Shown here piece after piece: positions 1 to 12,257 of a stretch of DNA of 64,000 nucleotides. Within the stretch, counting starts at the first letter, position 1, and each line of letters begins with the position of its first letter. The position numbers were made by a program, and so were the translations under genes. The notes under the pieces were generated by a model. It saw only the letters and a program-made list of their open reading frames with translations. It was not told the origin of the DNA and made no database searches. Origin of the DNA: Chiloscyllium plagiosum (Eukaryota); assembly GCF_004010195.1 (NCBI RefSeq), contig NC_057720.1, forward strand, positions 91,839,695 to 91,903,694. The letters are read 5' to 3'.

Positions 1-352
1 TAGTTAAAATGGTCAATTAAAGTGTCAGTATTCATTTTATGAAAACTCCATTGTCCTCTTATCTTTGGATTTCAGCTTAATGCAGCAGTACAAGTTCACA
101 GGGTTCAATTACTATTCTCAGCCATTTTGTTGTATTATTTCAAATTGAAAAGCCATTTGTGGTTAGTAAAAATCGACATATACTTGTTGCTTCAAATTTT
201 AGATCCTCAAGGTCAGCTTCATAGATAAGGCCAAGATTGTAAAGAGAGTCTGATACTAAATAAAAGCTAAAAAAAAACCGTGGGTGTTGTAAATGAGGAA
301 CAAAAACAGAAATTGCTGGAAAAGCTCAGCAGGTGTGGCACCATGAACTGTT

Positions 353-385
353 CTGAGGAAGGGTCACTTGACCTGAAAAGTTAAC
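353..385 (+). ncRNA. Decayed hammerhead motif in a short fold-back element (about 300-437)
   Basis: CUGAGGA-A-GGGUC(ACUU)GACCU-GAAAAGUUA, flanked by inverted arms. Confidence 0.5.
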
Positions 386-784
386 TCTGACCTTTTCCCC
401 AGATGCAGCCAGACCTGCTGAGGTAATCTGTTTTTGTAAAGAGTCTGGTTGAGCAGCAGACAGTGCTCAGGGAGAGGGATAGAGTTTGTACTGGGAGCTG
501 AAAAGGATGGCTTGGATCTTCCCAACGTGTTTCCCAGCGAGCCTGGCTCCTCAGTCCTGACTGCTCTTAGCTGCTGTGATTGTCACTGATTGGACACTTA
601 TTATTAGAGATTCTGACCACAGCAGAAAGCCACAGTGCAAAAAATAACTGCAAAGACTGTCAGATCACAAGGTTGAAACTTCACCATCAGAGGAAGTGAA
701 AGAAGGAGCTCGGAGCAGCTGGACGTTTGTTACTGAGACGGGAGAAAACTGTGAACGGTCTGCACTCCCTGGAATCTGACAGCA

Positions 785-1065
785 CATAAGAACATAAGGG
801 CTAGGAGCAGGAGTAGGCTATCTGGCCCCTCGAGCCTGCTCCAACATTCAGTAAGATCATGGCTGATCTTTTCCTGACCTCAGCTCCCCCTATCCGCCCC
901 CTCACCATAACCCTTAATTCCTTTACTGTTTATAAAATTGCCTGTCTTAGCTTTGAAAACATTTACTGAGGAACCACTTTGCTGGGCAGGCAATTCCATA
1001 GATTCACCACCCTCTGGGTGAAGATGTTCCTTCACAATTCAATCCTAAATCTGCTCCCCCAGTAC
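785..1065 (-). mobile_element. CR1-type LINE 3' end
   Basis: ACATAAGAACATAAG tail and reverse-complement CR1 3' motifs (..FTQRVVNLWNCLP.. type). Confidence 0.7.
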
Positions 1066-2309
1066 AGGGGGAGGCCATTCAGCCCATCGTGTCTGTGAGT
1101 GATCCAATTAGTCCCACTGCCCCTCTCTCTCTCATCATATTGCAACAAATTTTCCCTTTTCAGCTCGATCTCCTGTTGCCTGTTGTAGACCTGGTCTACA
1201 GCAGAGACTGCCCCTAACCTGGGTTCCAAATTGGTATCTCATTCATTCATTGGGAGACAAGCTGCCTGGGCTGGGAAATGGAGCTCAGGACCCTGAACAT
1301 TCCCTCTCCCCTCCTGTGGGACACTTGATGCTGAGGGGTTAGTTAAATGGAGCCCTACAATATATCCCTACCATGCACACCTCCCCATTCTGTGTGTAAA
1401 ACGCTGGAGCCTGCCAGCAGGATATTCAACTGCAGGAGCCATCATCAGTTTGACCAATTCTGACCACCCCAATTCTCCGTAACATTCCAACTCATTACTA
1501 ATATCAAATCTGGCCATCTCCTCCTTGGTGTGAGATAGGGAATGGGCCACTCCATTTCAGATAATTTGGAATTTATGGAACATTGATGGAAGAAGCTGGG
1601 GGAGGTCATCAGAATCATGGAGTTTGGAGATGGGATGAACAGGAATAAGGGTTTCTATGGTCAGTGGGCTGATGTAGTGCAGACACAAACAATGTTGTGG
1701 AGATTGAAATAAGAGACCAATGTGATGGAGAGGATGTGGGGTTTGAAGCTCCAATACTGGAGGGTCCAGTGGGAAAGAAATTCAGGCTTATTGCTGTCCA
1801 TTGGACATTCCAGTGGGATGGAGGCCCATGTTTACTGATCTCTGTTAGAGCTTCCAATTGATTTCAATGAAATTGGAATGTTGGCATTTCTTGCAGCAAT
1901 GGGAATCTTGGTATTTATTATAAAAGGACTGGATTACAGAAATAAAGAAATATTGTTACAATTCTGCGAGGCATTGGTGAGACCTCATCTGAAGCATTGT
2001 GTCCAATTGTGGTCTCCTTACTTGGTGAAGGATATGGTGGTACAGGATGCAGTTCAGAGGATGTTCACCAGACTGATTACCGGGATGAAAGGGCTGTGAT
2101 ATGAGGAATGGTTGAATAGCTTGGGCTTATACTCACTAGAATTCAGTCACATGAGGGGAGATCTGAGTGAGGTATATAAAATACTTAAGGGGATTGATAA
2201 GGCAGACATGAAACAGATGTTCCCTCTTGTGGGCCAGTCTCAAACAATAGGTCATAGATATAGACTGAGAGAGGTAGGATCAAAACTGAGATGAGGAGAA
2301 ATTGTACGT

Positions 2310-2615
2310 GGCTTGGTGGCGCAGTGGTTAGCACTGCTGCCTCACAGTCCTGGGACCCGGTTCGATCCAAGCCACTGGCAACTGTGTGGATTTGACCCAT
2401 TGTCCCCCTGTCTGCATGGGCTTCATCTGGGTGTTCTTTCCACAGTCTAAGATGTACATATTAAGGGGATTAGCTGTGCTAAATTATCTGTAGTGTCCAA
2501 GGATGTATCGGGAAATGTAGGGATACTGTGTCTGTGTGGAATGCTCTATCAAGGGCCGGTGTGGACTTGTTGGGCCAAATAGCCTGTTTCCATACTTAGC
2601 GATTCGGTTCTATTC
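2310..2615 (+). mobile_element. HE1-type tRNA-derived SINE inserted in a CR1 3' end
   Basis: GGTGGCGCAGTGGTTAGCACTGCTGCCTCACAG...CCCGGTTCGATCC (A and B boxes); 3' TTGTTGGGCCAAATAGCCTGTTTCC. The CR1 (about 1890-2305) resumes at about 2616. Confidence 0.85.
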
Positions 2616-3244
2616 TAACTACTTCTCTCAGAGGGTAGAGAATCCGTGGAAATCACTGCCCCCAGAGCGCAGTAGAGACAGAATCAATTAACAGGCCCAA
2701 ATTTAACGGTCTTTACTGGAGAGTGGGAATGAATTCCATGCTTACTGGTCTCCATTTGACTGTCCAATGGGACATGGACAACAACATGAGTGTGCAGCTC
2801 CTTTCCTTTCTGTTGTAACTGTGTGATAGTCCAATCCTCATCCCAGTAAAACTGGAGCCTGACCATGGAAAGGGAAGGAGAGGGGAAAGGATTGGAACAT
2901 GATGTGGATGGACAGGATGGTTCAGTGGGTCAGAGCCTGTCCTATCCCTCCAGCTCACACTGATGGCCTGAGGATCTCGTCTCTCTGCTGGGCCTTCATG
3001 GAATGAGGTTTGTGTCCAAATCAGTCCCCAGTGAGAATAGGCCAACAGCACAGAACTGCCCTTCATTTGACAAGAATCTGATCGTCTTCCTGAGAGAGAG
3101 GCCAAATCCTTGTCAGTGTGGAAAATAGGGCTTTATTCCAGTAGTAGACATGTTTCTGGGGTCAAGGGTTAACATCCATTAGTGGGGCAGAGCAGAGAGA
3201 GATTTACCCTGTATTTAACTGTTACCACCTGAGACATTGTGGGA

Positions 3245-3525
3245 AAGAGAGAGAGGGAGAGAGAGAAAGAGAGCGAGAGGGAGAGATAGTGAGTGTGTGT
3301 GTAAGAGAGAGCAAGAGAGAGTCTGAGGCTGTGTAAGGTGAGTAAATGGGGAGATAGAGAGAGAGGTAGAGGGAGGTAGAGATGGTGAAGTTGAAGAATA
3401 GATATATAGAGAGAGTGAGGTTGGTTATGAGACTGTGTAACTGAGAGGGAGGAAAGAGAGAGAATGACAGAGTCGTGTGAGGCCAGGAGTAAAGGGTATC
3501 CAGTGAAAGAGAGACAGACGGACAG
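3245..3525 (+). repeat. GA-rich low-complexity tract
   Basis: Degenerate (GA)n purine-rich run. Confidence 0.8.
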
Positions 3526-3823
3526 ACAGGTTCTGGTCACCACATTATGAGAAGGATATGACTGTACTCGAAAGGGTGCAGAGATTTCCCAGGATGCTGC
3601 CTGGCCTGGAGGGTCTGAGCTATGAGGAAGGATTGGAAAGGCTGGGATTGTTTCTCTTGGAGCAGTGAAAGTTGAGAGGGAACCTGATAAAGGGCTATAA
3701 GATTATGAGGGGCAGAGATAGAGTGGACAGGAAGGCAATTTTTCCATGAGTAGAGGCATCAATATCCAGAGGCAGAGATTGAAGATAACACAGACATACA
3801 AAGCTAGAAACAGGGAGCAAGAA

Positions 3824-3893
3824 TAGGGTTAGGGTTAGGGTTAGGGTTAGGATTAGGGTTATGTTCAGGGTAAGGCTTGGGGTTAGGGTGAGG
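3824..3893 (+). repeat. Interstitial telomere-like (TTAGGG)n tract
   Basis: TAGGG(TTAGGG)3 TTAGGA TTAGGG followed by degenerate units, about 11-12 hexamers in total. Confidence 0.85.
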
Positions 3894-4036
3894 AATTGGC
3901 CCTGTGAGTCTGCTCTGTCATTCAATATGATCATGGCTGATCCTCTCCCTCAATGCCAAGCTGGGATTAGTATTGTTAGATCATTGATGACCTGTGCAGA
4001 CTTGTTAAATGCTGTTCATGGCATTGAGCTTCCGAA

Positions 4037-4595
4037 TGAGAGAGAGAGAGTCAGAAAACAGAGAGCAGGAGAGAGAGAGAGAGTGTGTACATTGTGGGAT
4101 TGAGTGAGAGAGGGCGAGGCATTTAGCTGCTGCCCCAGGACTCACTGTTCCAATGTCCTGGAATAACGCCTGCGAAAGAGATCAGTTAGAGAGTGACCGG
4201 AGGGAGACAGAGAGAGAGAGAGAGACAAAGAGAGAGGGGGACAATGAGAGATTGAGGGGATGAAGAGAGAATGAGTGAGGAAATAGTTAGAAAGATAAGT
4301 GAAGGAGAGGAATGGATGATAAGAGAGAGACATAAGGAGAGAGACCAACCAACACAGAAGGTAAGGGAGATAAACAGAGTATCAAACATACATGGAAATA
4401 GCGAAGGATATAAGTGGCTATATAATTGGGAGAAGACAGAGTCAGAAATGGAAATATAAAAAGAGGGAGAAAGTCAATGAATGACAGGAATATATTCAAG
4501 TGAAAGCAGAGAAAGGGAAAAATGGGAAAAGGGAGGGAGGAAGGAGGGAAGGAAGAAAGAGAGAGAGAGAGAAAGAGAGAGAGAGAAGAGGAAGT
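4037..4595 (+). repeat. GA-rich low-complexity tract directly upstream of the V promoter
   Basis: (GA)n and GGAA-rich runs. A similar tract at 5560-5704 leads into the gap. Confidence 0.8.
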
Positions 4596-4630
4596 GTGAG
4601 GGGCTGACGTGGCTCTTTCTGCCTGATGCC

Positions 4631-4684
4631 ATTTACATACTGAGGAACACCCAGTCAGACTCTCACAGGCTGCAGCTTTATAAA
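4631..4684 (+). promoter_or_regulatory. Ig light-chain V promoter: octamer variant plus TATA box
   Basis: ATTTACAT at 4631-4638 (one mismatch to the IgL octamer ATTTGCAT) and TATAAA at 4679-4684, about 60 nt upstream of the leader ATG at 4745. A TGACGT motif lies at about 4604-4609. Confidence 0.8.
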
Positions 4685-4744
4685 GCAGAGCCCAGTGAAG
4701 GGACAGTTTATCAGGAACCAGGCACAGGGACAGGAGCACACACC

Positions 4745-4793
4745 ATGATTTCACACATCCAGCTGATCTGGCCCCTGGCATTCTGTGTCACAG
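4745..4793 (+). CDS. IGKV: Ig kappa (NS4-like) V leader exon
   Basis: CACCATG start; encodes the hydrophobic peptide MISHIQLIWPLAFCVT(G); phase-1 GT donor at 4794; 186-nt intron ending in CCCCTCAG at 4979. Confidence 0.93.
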
Positions 4794-4979
4794 GTACAAA
4801 TCTCTCTCCTTCCACCTTGAATCTTTAGCTGCTCTCCATTTCACTCCAATTCCACTGACTTGTGATAGAAGGAAAAATGCTGAAACCAGAGGAATGTTCA
4901 GTGTCTCCAACAACCTTTCATTTGACAGGCTCTTTCTGTGACAGTTCTGATTTCACTGTGTTTCTCTCTGACCCCTCAG

Positions 4980-5281
4980 GTATCAGTGGGGACATCATCA
5001 TGACCCAGTCTCCCCCGGTGCTGTCAGTGGGACTGGGCCAGACTGCAACCGTCACCTGTAAATCCAGTCAGAGTGCCAGTGGTGATGTTGAATGGTACCA
5101 GCAGCGAGAAGGTCAGAAACCCTCTCTCCTGATCCACGATGCAGTAGCACGATACACAGGAGTCTCCAAGAGATTCACCGGGACAGAAGTGTCCAGCACA
5201 CACTTCACCCTGACAATCAGCAACGTTCAGAATGAGGATGTCGCTGATTATTACTGTATGCAGAGTGAGAGCTGGCCTTGG
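4980..5281 (+). CDS. IGKV: Ig kappa (NS4-like) V exon, germline and unrearranged, open frame
   Basis: (G)ISG-DIIMTQSPPVLSVGLGQTATVTC...WYQQREGQKPSLLI...FTLTISNVQNEDVADYYC-MQSESWPW. Both Cys, the Trp and the DxAxYYC motif are present; the framework matches what I recall of shark kappa/NS4 V regions. Confidence 0.95.
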
Positions 5282-5309
5282 CACAGTGATGCAGAGTCGT
5301 ACAAAAATC
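5282..5309 (+). other. 12-bp-spacer recombination signal sequence of the V
   Basis: CACAGTG (5282-5288) + ATGCAGAGTCGT (12 nt) + ACAAAAATC (5301-5309). A V with a 12-RSS is the kappa configuration. Confidence 0.97.
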
Positions 5310-5704
5310 TCAATACACACAGTCCCACCGCCTGTACTGACACATCCCACAGTTATGTTAAAATTAAACTGAATAAATTAAACCATATTGGGATTGTCAC
5401 TATCCCTTACACACTCCAGTCCCTGTTGTGTCCACCGCTCACTGAAGGCCTCAAGTTTCCCTCTTACACTCCATGGTCACATGGGAAGAACAGCTGGAAG
5501 ATTTAACAAATAAAAAAATGTTCACAAACTGCTTGAGCCCTGCTAGACACAACGCAGAGCCAGAGAGATAGAGAGCATGGTAGAGAGAGGGGGGGAAAAA
5601 TGGAATGAGAAAAACAGAGAAAGAAGGCATGGGAGACAGATACAGACAGAGAGAAGGTAAGTGTGAGTGAGAGACAGAGAGAGACAGGGAGAGGGTGAGA
5701 GTGA

Positions 5705-6357
5705 NNNNNNNNNNNNNNNNNNNNNNNNNNNNNNNNNNNNNNNNNNNNNNNNNNNNNNNNNNNNNNNNNNNNNNNNNNNNNNNNNNNNNNNNNNNNNNNN
5801 NNNNNNNNNNNNNNNNNNNNNNNNNNNNNNNNNNNNNNNNNNNNNNNNNNNNNNNNNNNNNNNNNNNNNNNNNNNNNNNNNNNNNNNNNNNNNNNNNNNN
5901 NNNNNNNNNNNNNNNNNNNNNNNNNNNNNNNNNNNNNNNNNNNNNNNNNNNNNNNNNNNNNNNNNNNNNNNNNNNNNNNNNNNNNNNNNNNNNNNNNNNN
6001 NNNNNNNNNNNNNNNNNNNNNNNNNNNNNNNNNNNNNNNNNNNNNNNNNNNNNNNNNNNNNNNNNNNNNNNNNNNNNNNNNNNNNNNNNNNNNNNNNNNN
6101 NNNNNNNNNNNNNNNNNNNNNNNNNNNNNNNNNNNNNNNNNNNNNNNNNNNNNNNNNNNNNNNNNNNNNNNNNNNNNNNNNNNNNNNNNNNNNNNNNNNN
6201 NNNNNNNNNNNNNNNNNNNNNNNNNNNNNNNNNNNNNNNNNNNNNNNNNNNNNNNNNNNNNNNNNNNNNNNNNNNNNNNNNNNNNNNNNNNNNNNNNNNN
6301 NNNNNNNNNNNNNNNNNNNNNNNNNNNNNNNNNNNNNNNNNNNNNNNNNNNNNNNNN
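5705..6357. other. Assembly gap (653 N), probable location of the J segment
   Basis: N run about 400 nt after the V RSS. No FGxG J or 23-RSS is seen elsewhere between V and C1. Confidence 0.6.
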
Positions 6358-8520
6358 AACAACTTTCCTCTCAGCCTTCATTTCTCCAAGGAAGACAATC
6401 CAAACTTCTCCAATATATTTTCAGAGCTCATGTTCCACATTCCCAAACCTTCCATGGGAATTTTTTTTACCCATCTTCAAAGTATTCATATCCTGCATGA
6501 ATTATTCACCTTATCTGTTCCCCGTAATCCCATTTGCCTGCATTTTGGTCATTTCTTCCTCTATCTTTCCTATCCATGCACCTGTTCAAATGTCATGACT
6601 TCCTCTGGCAGCTCATTCAATACATGCACCACCCTTTATGTGAAAGAGATGCACCTCAGGTCACTTTTGAATCTCTCCCCTTTCATTTTAAACCTCTGCC
6701 CTCTAGTTTTGGACTCCCCAACCCCGTGGAAAAGACCTTGGCTAGTCACCTTATCTATGCCCATCATGATTTTATAAACCTCTAAAATGTCACCCTGTAG
6801 TGTTGGATCTTCCAAGGAAAATAGCTCAGGCCTAACCAGCCACTCTTTATAACTTAAACCATCCAGTCTCGATGACATCCTTGTCATCTTGTTTACACTC
6901 TTTCCAGTTTAATGACATCTAGCCAATAGCAGGGTGACCAGAAATGTGGCCTGATCAATATCTTGGAGAGCTGTAACATAATGTCCCAACTCCTGTACTC
7001 AATGCTCTGACCAACGAAGGCAAGTGTACCAAATGCTTTCTTTACCACTCTGTCTCCATGTGATACCAGTTTCAAGGCACTATGTGCCTCCCTGCCTGAC
7101 AAAACTCCCCATGTCCCCATAATTAACTGTGTTAGCCCTGGACTGGTTTTTGTACCAAAATGCAACACCTCATTATTATTTCAATACGGAATGTAAATGT
7201 ATTCTCAAATAGCCTTCGTCACTGCCCACTAAGCCACCAATTTTGGTGTCATCTGCAAACTCACAAACCATACCTCCTATATTTTCATTCAAATATTTTC
7301 TATAAATGATGAACAATGATGAACCCCGAACCAATCCTTTTACCACACCGCTGGTCACAGACTTCCAGTCTGAACAATAACCTTCTACCACCACTCTCTG
7401 TCTCCAACCATTAAGCCAATTTTGTACTAATTGGCTTGCTATCCCTGGATCCCATTTGATTTAACCTTACTAACCAGTTGTACCTGTCAAAGGCCTTCCT
7501 AAAGTCCATGTAGGCAATATCTACCACTCTGCCCTCAGCTATCTTCTTGGTCATGTCTTCAAAAGGCTCAATCAAATTTGAGAGACTCGATTTCCCACTT
7601 ACAAAGCCTTGTGGACTCTCCTTAACCAATCCTTGTCATTACAAATGCATGTAAATCCTGTCTTTTAAAATCCCCTCCAACAACTTACTCACCACTGACA
7701 TCAGACTCACCAGTCTATAATTCCTTGCAGACCTTCTTAAATAATGGCACAACATTAACCACGCTCCAGTCTTCCAGCACATCACCTGTGGCTGTTGATG
7801 ATCCAAACATCTCTGCAAAGGGTGTCGCTGTCTCTTCCCAAGCTTCACAAAAAGTACTGGGATTGACCTGATCAGGTCCTGGGGATTTGTCTCCCTTTTT
7901 GAGTTTAAAGAACCGGTCACTGCACCTCTTCTTCTGTAATGAGGACTCTTCTCAAGACAGCAACATTTATTTCCTTCACTTCACTACCTTTATTAGTGGT
8001 AAATATTGAGGCAAAATATTAGTTTTGTGACTCATTCATATTCTGTTTGAAAAAAAAGGTGAACATTTTGAAGTGTGAGATATTTGGAGATTATCCATGG
8101 AATACAATCCATGATCATGACTTTACTCTGGATTGTCCTTTGTCCTTTTCCACTGTCACCCTAAACCTTGTGATACAATTGTCACTCTTCCCTAAATGTC
8201 CTCTCACTGACACTTGATCTACTTGGGCCTCCTCATTCCCAAGATCCAGGTTTGGAGAGCTTTGTTTCTCATTGGAATGGGAACACACCACTGGAGAAAA
8301 TTCACCTGAACACACTCTCATAACTCTGGCCCTTCTTTGCCCTTCATACTGCTACTATCCCAGTGTGAATTCCTTGCAGATTCCCCTCTACATCCTTCCC
8401 ACTAGTCGGTGAACTACAGACTGCACTGAACAATCTGATTGCACCTTTTTTTTGTTCCTTATCTTGAACCAAATCGCTTCTGTTCTTGACCCCTCTGGGA
8501 TATCCTCTTTCTCCAACTCT
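6358..8520 (-). mobile_element. Degenerate CR1-type LINE ORF2 fragments
   Basis: Minus-strand peptides FADDTKIGG, DFRKAFD, NYRLVSL and GHLGKSDN; many stops and frameshifts. Confidence 0.85.
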
Positions 8521-8689
8521 GTATATAACTCCCATCAGGCTCTTTGTTCCTTTGTATTTTCTTAAGTTGACTCACACAAATTCTATGCATTCCAACTTTA
8601 TATTTCCTCTTTCTGTCGATGTAATTTCAATTCTAACTGACAGAGTAAACCCGCTCCCCAACACCCCAACCTGCACATCTACAGATCAT

Positions 8690-10260
8690 TAGAAACACAG
8701 AAACATAGAAAATAGGTGCAGGAAGAGGCCATTTATCCCTTAGAGCCTGCATCACCGTTCAATATGACCATGACTGATTATGCAATCTCAGTATCCCATT
8801 CCCACTCTCCCCCCATATCCCTTGATCCTTTTAGCTGCAAGTGCCATATTCCTCTTGAATATATCGAACAAACTGGCTCCACCAGTTTTCTGTGGCAGAG
8901 AATTCCACAGGTTCATAACATCTGAATAACTTAACCCTTATTCGTGATCTTTGACCCTGAGTTTTGGATTTCCCTAATATTGGGAACATTCTTCCAGCAT
9001 CAAGCCTGTCAAATCCCATCAGGATTTTACATGTTTCTATGAGATTCCCCTCATTCTTCTAAATTCCAGTGAGGACAAGCCCAGTTGATCCAGTCTTTCC
9101 TCATATGTCAGTCCTGCGTCCCGGGAATCAGTCTGGAGAACCTTCGCTGGACTCCCTCAATAGCAAGAATGTCCTTCCTCAGACTAGGAGACTAAACCTG
9201 CACACAATACTCAAGGTGAGGCCTCACCAAGGCCCTGTTTAATTCTGCAAGACATCCTTACTCCAATACACAAATCCTCTCACTGTGAAGGCCAACATGC
9301 CATTAACTTTCCTCACTGCCTGCTGCACCTGCATGCCACCTTTCAGTGACTGTTCCACCATGACACCCAGCTCTCATTGCACCTCACCTTTTCCTAAACT
9401 TCCACCATTCATTAATAATCTGACTTTTGTTTTACCACCAAAGTGGATAGTCTCACATTTACCCACATTATATTGCATTTGCTAAGTATTTGTCCAGTCA
9501 GCCAGCCTGCCCAAGTCACCCTGTAGCCTCTTAACATCCTCCTCACAGCACACATTACCACCCAGCTGAGTGTCATCTGCAAGTTTGGAGGGATTACATT
9601 GAATTCCTTTGTCCATATCATTTATGTATATTGTGAACAGCTGGGGTCCCAGCACTGAACCCTGCGGTACCCCACTCATCACTGCCTGCCATTTATTCCA
9701 ACTCTCTGCTTTCTATCTGCCAACGAGTTCTCTCTCCATGTCAATACATTAGCTCCAATACCATGAGGTTTAATTTTGCTCACTAATCTCTTGTAAGGGA
9801 TCTTGTCAAAAGCCTTTTGAAAGTCCAGTCACACAACATCCACTGAGTTCTGAGGGAGGGTCACTCAATCTGAAATGTTAACTTCGCTTGCTCTCCACAG
9901 ATGCTGCCACACCTGCTGAACGTTTTCATCAATTTTTGTTTTTATTGTCCACTGATTCAGCCTTGTCCACTCTCTACTGATCACATCCTTCAAAACCTTC
10001 CAGAAGATGTGTCAGGCCTGATTTCCCTTTAGTATATCCATGCTGACTTAGACCTATCCTGTCATTGCTTTCCAAATGCTTGGTTATTGTATCTTTAATA
10101 ACTGACTCCAGTGTTTTCCTCATGTATAATTCCTCATTTTCACTCTCCCTCCTTTTATTAAAAAGTGGAGTTATATTGGACACTGTCCAGTCCATTGGAA
10201 CTCTGTCAAAGTCTACAGAATGCTGGAAAATGGTCACTAATGTGTCCACAATTTCTACAA
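8690..10260 (-). mobile_element. Degenerate CR1-type LINE (RT region and 3' end)
   Basis: [20 protein letters not shown] and KLADDTQLGG on the minus strand; AGAAACATAGAAA tail. Confidence 0.88.
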
Positions 10261-10709
10261 TAACAGTTTTTCTGGTACTGTTATTCAAGTCTTTTCTTCT
10301 TGGAGTTACAAAGCCTTACATCTTTACCACATTTACGCTAAAGTCACTTTATAACACGCTCTAATTCACAATAACAGGAGCCATTCTGAAGCCGTCAGGG
10401 AAAGGACTCTGAGTTGCAGAGCATCAGACCCTGGGGAATTACAAATTTTGATACCGTCAGTCTCCACAATACCACATCCCAACTTATAAGGATTATCTTC
10501 AGTTCCTCCTTCACACTTGACCCTCTATCCCCTTGCATTTCCTTTCAATAGGATGTGCATCCCTGGATATTTAGTTCCCAGCCCTGATCCCCTTGCAGCC
10601 ACGTCCCTGCACTACAGGCTCATTTACCTTGTTTCATATACTCAGTGCATCTAAGTACAACACCCTCAGTCATGCACTGACTGCCTCCTTCTCATAGTTA
10701 TCTCCGTCA

Positions 10710-10950
10710 GAAATCATAGAAACCCTACAGTGTTGAAGCAGGCCATTCAGCCCTCCAAAAAGTATCCCACCCACCCTTCAATTCCCATAGATAATCCTCC
10801 TAACCTACACTTCTTTGTGACAATGGGAGGAAACCCAAGTAGACACGGGGAGAATGTGTAAACTCCACACAGACAGTCAGTTGGAATTGAGTCTGTGTCT
10901 CCAGAGCTGTGAGACAGCAGTGCTAACCACTGATCCACCATTCCACCCTG
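10710..10950 (-). mobile_element. HE1-type SINE, degenerate (paralog about 26300-26550)
   Basis: Reverse-complement HE1 head (CTGTGAGACAGCAGTGCTAACCACTG) and tail. Confidence 0.75.
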
Positions 10951-12257
10951 CTAGGCATCAAGTTCAATTCCTGATCTTTTCCATACTCTCCATCCTATTA
11001 CATGTTCTGGATGCTTTCACAAATTCTCATGAGCCCCTATCTTCCTTATTTACCTTGGTTTGTGTGGTACCACTTTGTCTACTTTATTCCAAATGGTTCG
11101 TGCGTTAAAAGACAAAGCTTTTACGTTTGTTCTATTGTTGAGCTTCCCTGCACTTTTATGTTTCCTTCGTACAATATGACATTCACAATATTCTGTCCTT
11201 TCCTTTTATTTTCTGGTAACAATCAATCCCATCACTAACCAGCAATCCTCCCTTCTCCTTTGCCATCCATTTTCTCATTTTCCATCCAACTGTTCCAGTT
11301 ATTTTCTCTTTGAATCATATTCAGGCTGATATTTATCCCTGAACAAACATCACTCAAAATGTTCCTTGGTTCATGGTTGCTTGTGGGATCTTGCTGTGTA
11401 CAATCTGGCTTCCACGTTTCCTGCATTCCTTCAGTGACCATATTTCAAACAAGTCCCACACTGTCTGCAAATGGCTTGGAGACAGCATGAATCTTTCTTT
11501 TCTTTGGATGAACTGGGAGTCTTTCAGATGTGAAAGATGCCGTTCCAATATTGCACAGTCCTCCTTCTGAACTACAGTTTCTGTTTTGTCCCTCTCTTTT
11601 GTGAAAATAGATGGAAAGTTTTCATGAGGAACCATTGCTCCATCTTGCACCACCGCACACAAGTTCCCTTCCTGCTCTCGAATGGGCCTCCTACATTCCT
11701 TCATTCTCTTCTTGTTCTTTCTGTGGTTATAAACATCACTGGGATTTCCTTCACTTCATTTGGACACATTTCATCCTGTCAGCTCTTTGCTTTCCTCAGG
11801 TCCGGGTTAATTTCACCCCTGCATTTTGTTTTTCAGCCCAGTTTTACCAAGTCACTGCCCAGGTCAGTAAAATGGTTTGTTCCCAAATGAAAACTTTTAC
11901 ACTTGCCCCATAGTTCTCCATTTCCATCCCTCCTCTCAATCTCACTGAGTTCTGATCACTGTCTCTGAAATGCTCCCCCATTGAGAGCCCTTCCAGCTGC
12001 TCACATTCATTCCCTAAACGATGGTCTAACACTGTCCCTTCTCTTTCACCATCACCTTCTCAGGGGCAATTAGGGATGGGCAATAATGGCCAGTGACACC
12101 CACATCCCAAGAAGCAATTTGAACAATGCCTGTTCTTTTATGGGATTTGATAGGTATTGGATATAAATGTTTAAAATGGATTGTTTTGCCAGTTCATGTT
12201 CAGAGAGTTGAAATCCTTTTGAATGGCAGAGATTAAAATTGTTTCTCTTGTCTTCAG

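Noticed and set aside
596-670. GACACTTATTAT followed by CACAGTG at 631, suggesting a V 3' end with an RSS
   Set aside because: The frame reads DTYY-stop with no Cys and no upstream V framework. Neither 12- nor 23-bp spacing gives a convincing nonamer.
3007-3050. GGTTTGTGT as a possible J-RSS nonamer
   Set aside because: No CACTGTG-like heptamer at 12 or 23 bp and no FGxG coding sequence follows.
4862-5506. 214-aa ORF in the track containing the V domain
   Set aside because: It is read-through of intron, V exon, RSS and spacer. The real gene is leader exon plus V exon and needs V-J recombination.
5451-6777. Long ORFs spanning N runs (also near 25.3, 36.7, 44.2 and 55.0 kb)
   Set aside because: Artefacts of translating assembly gaps.
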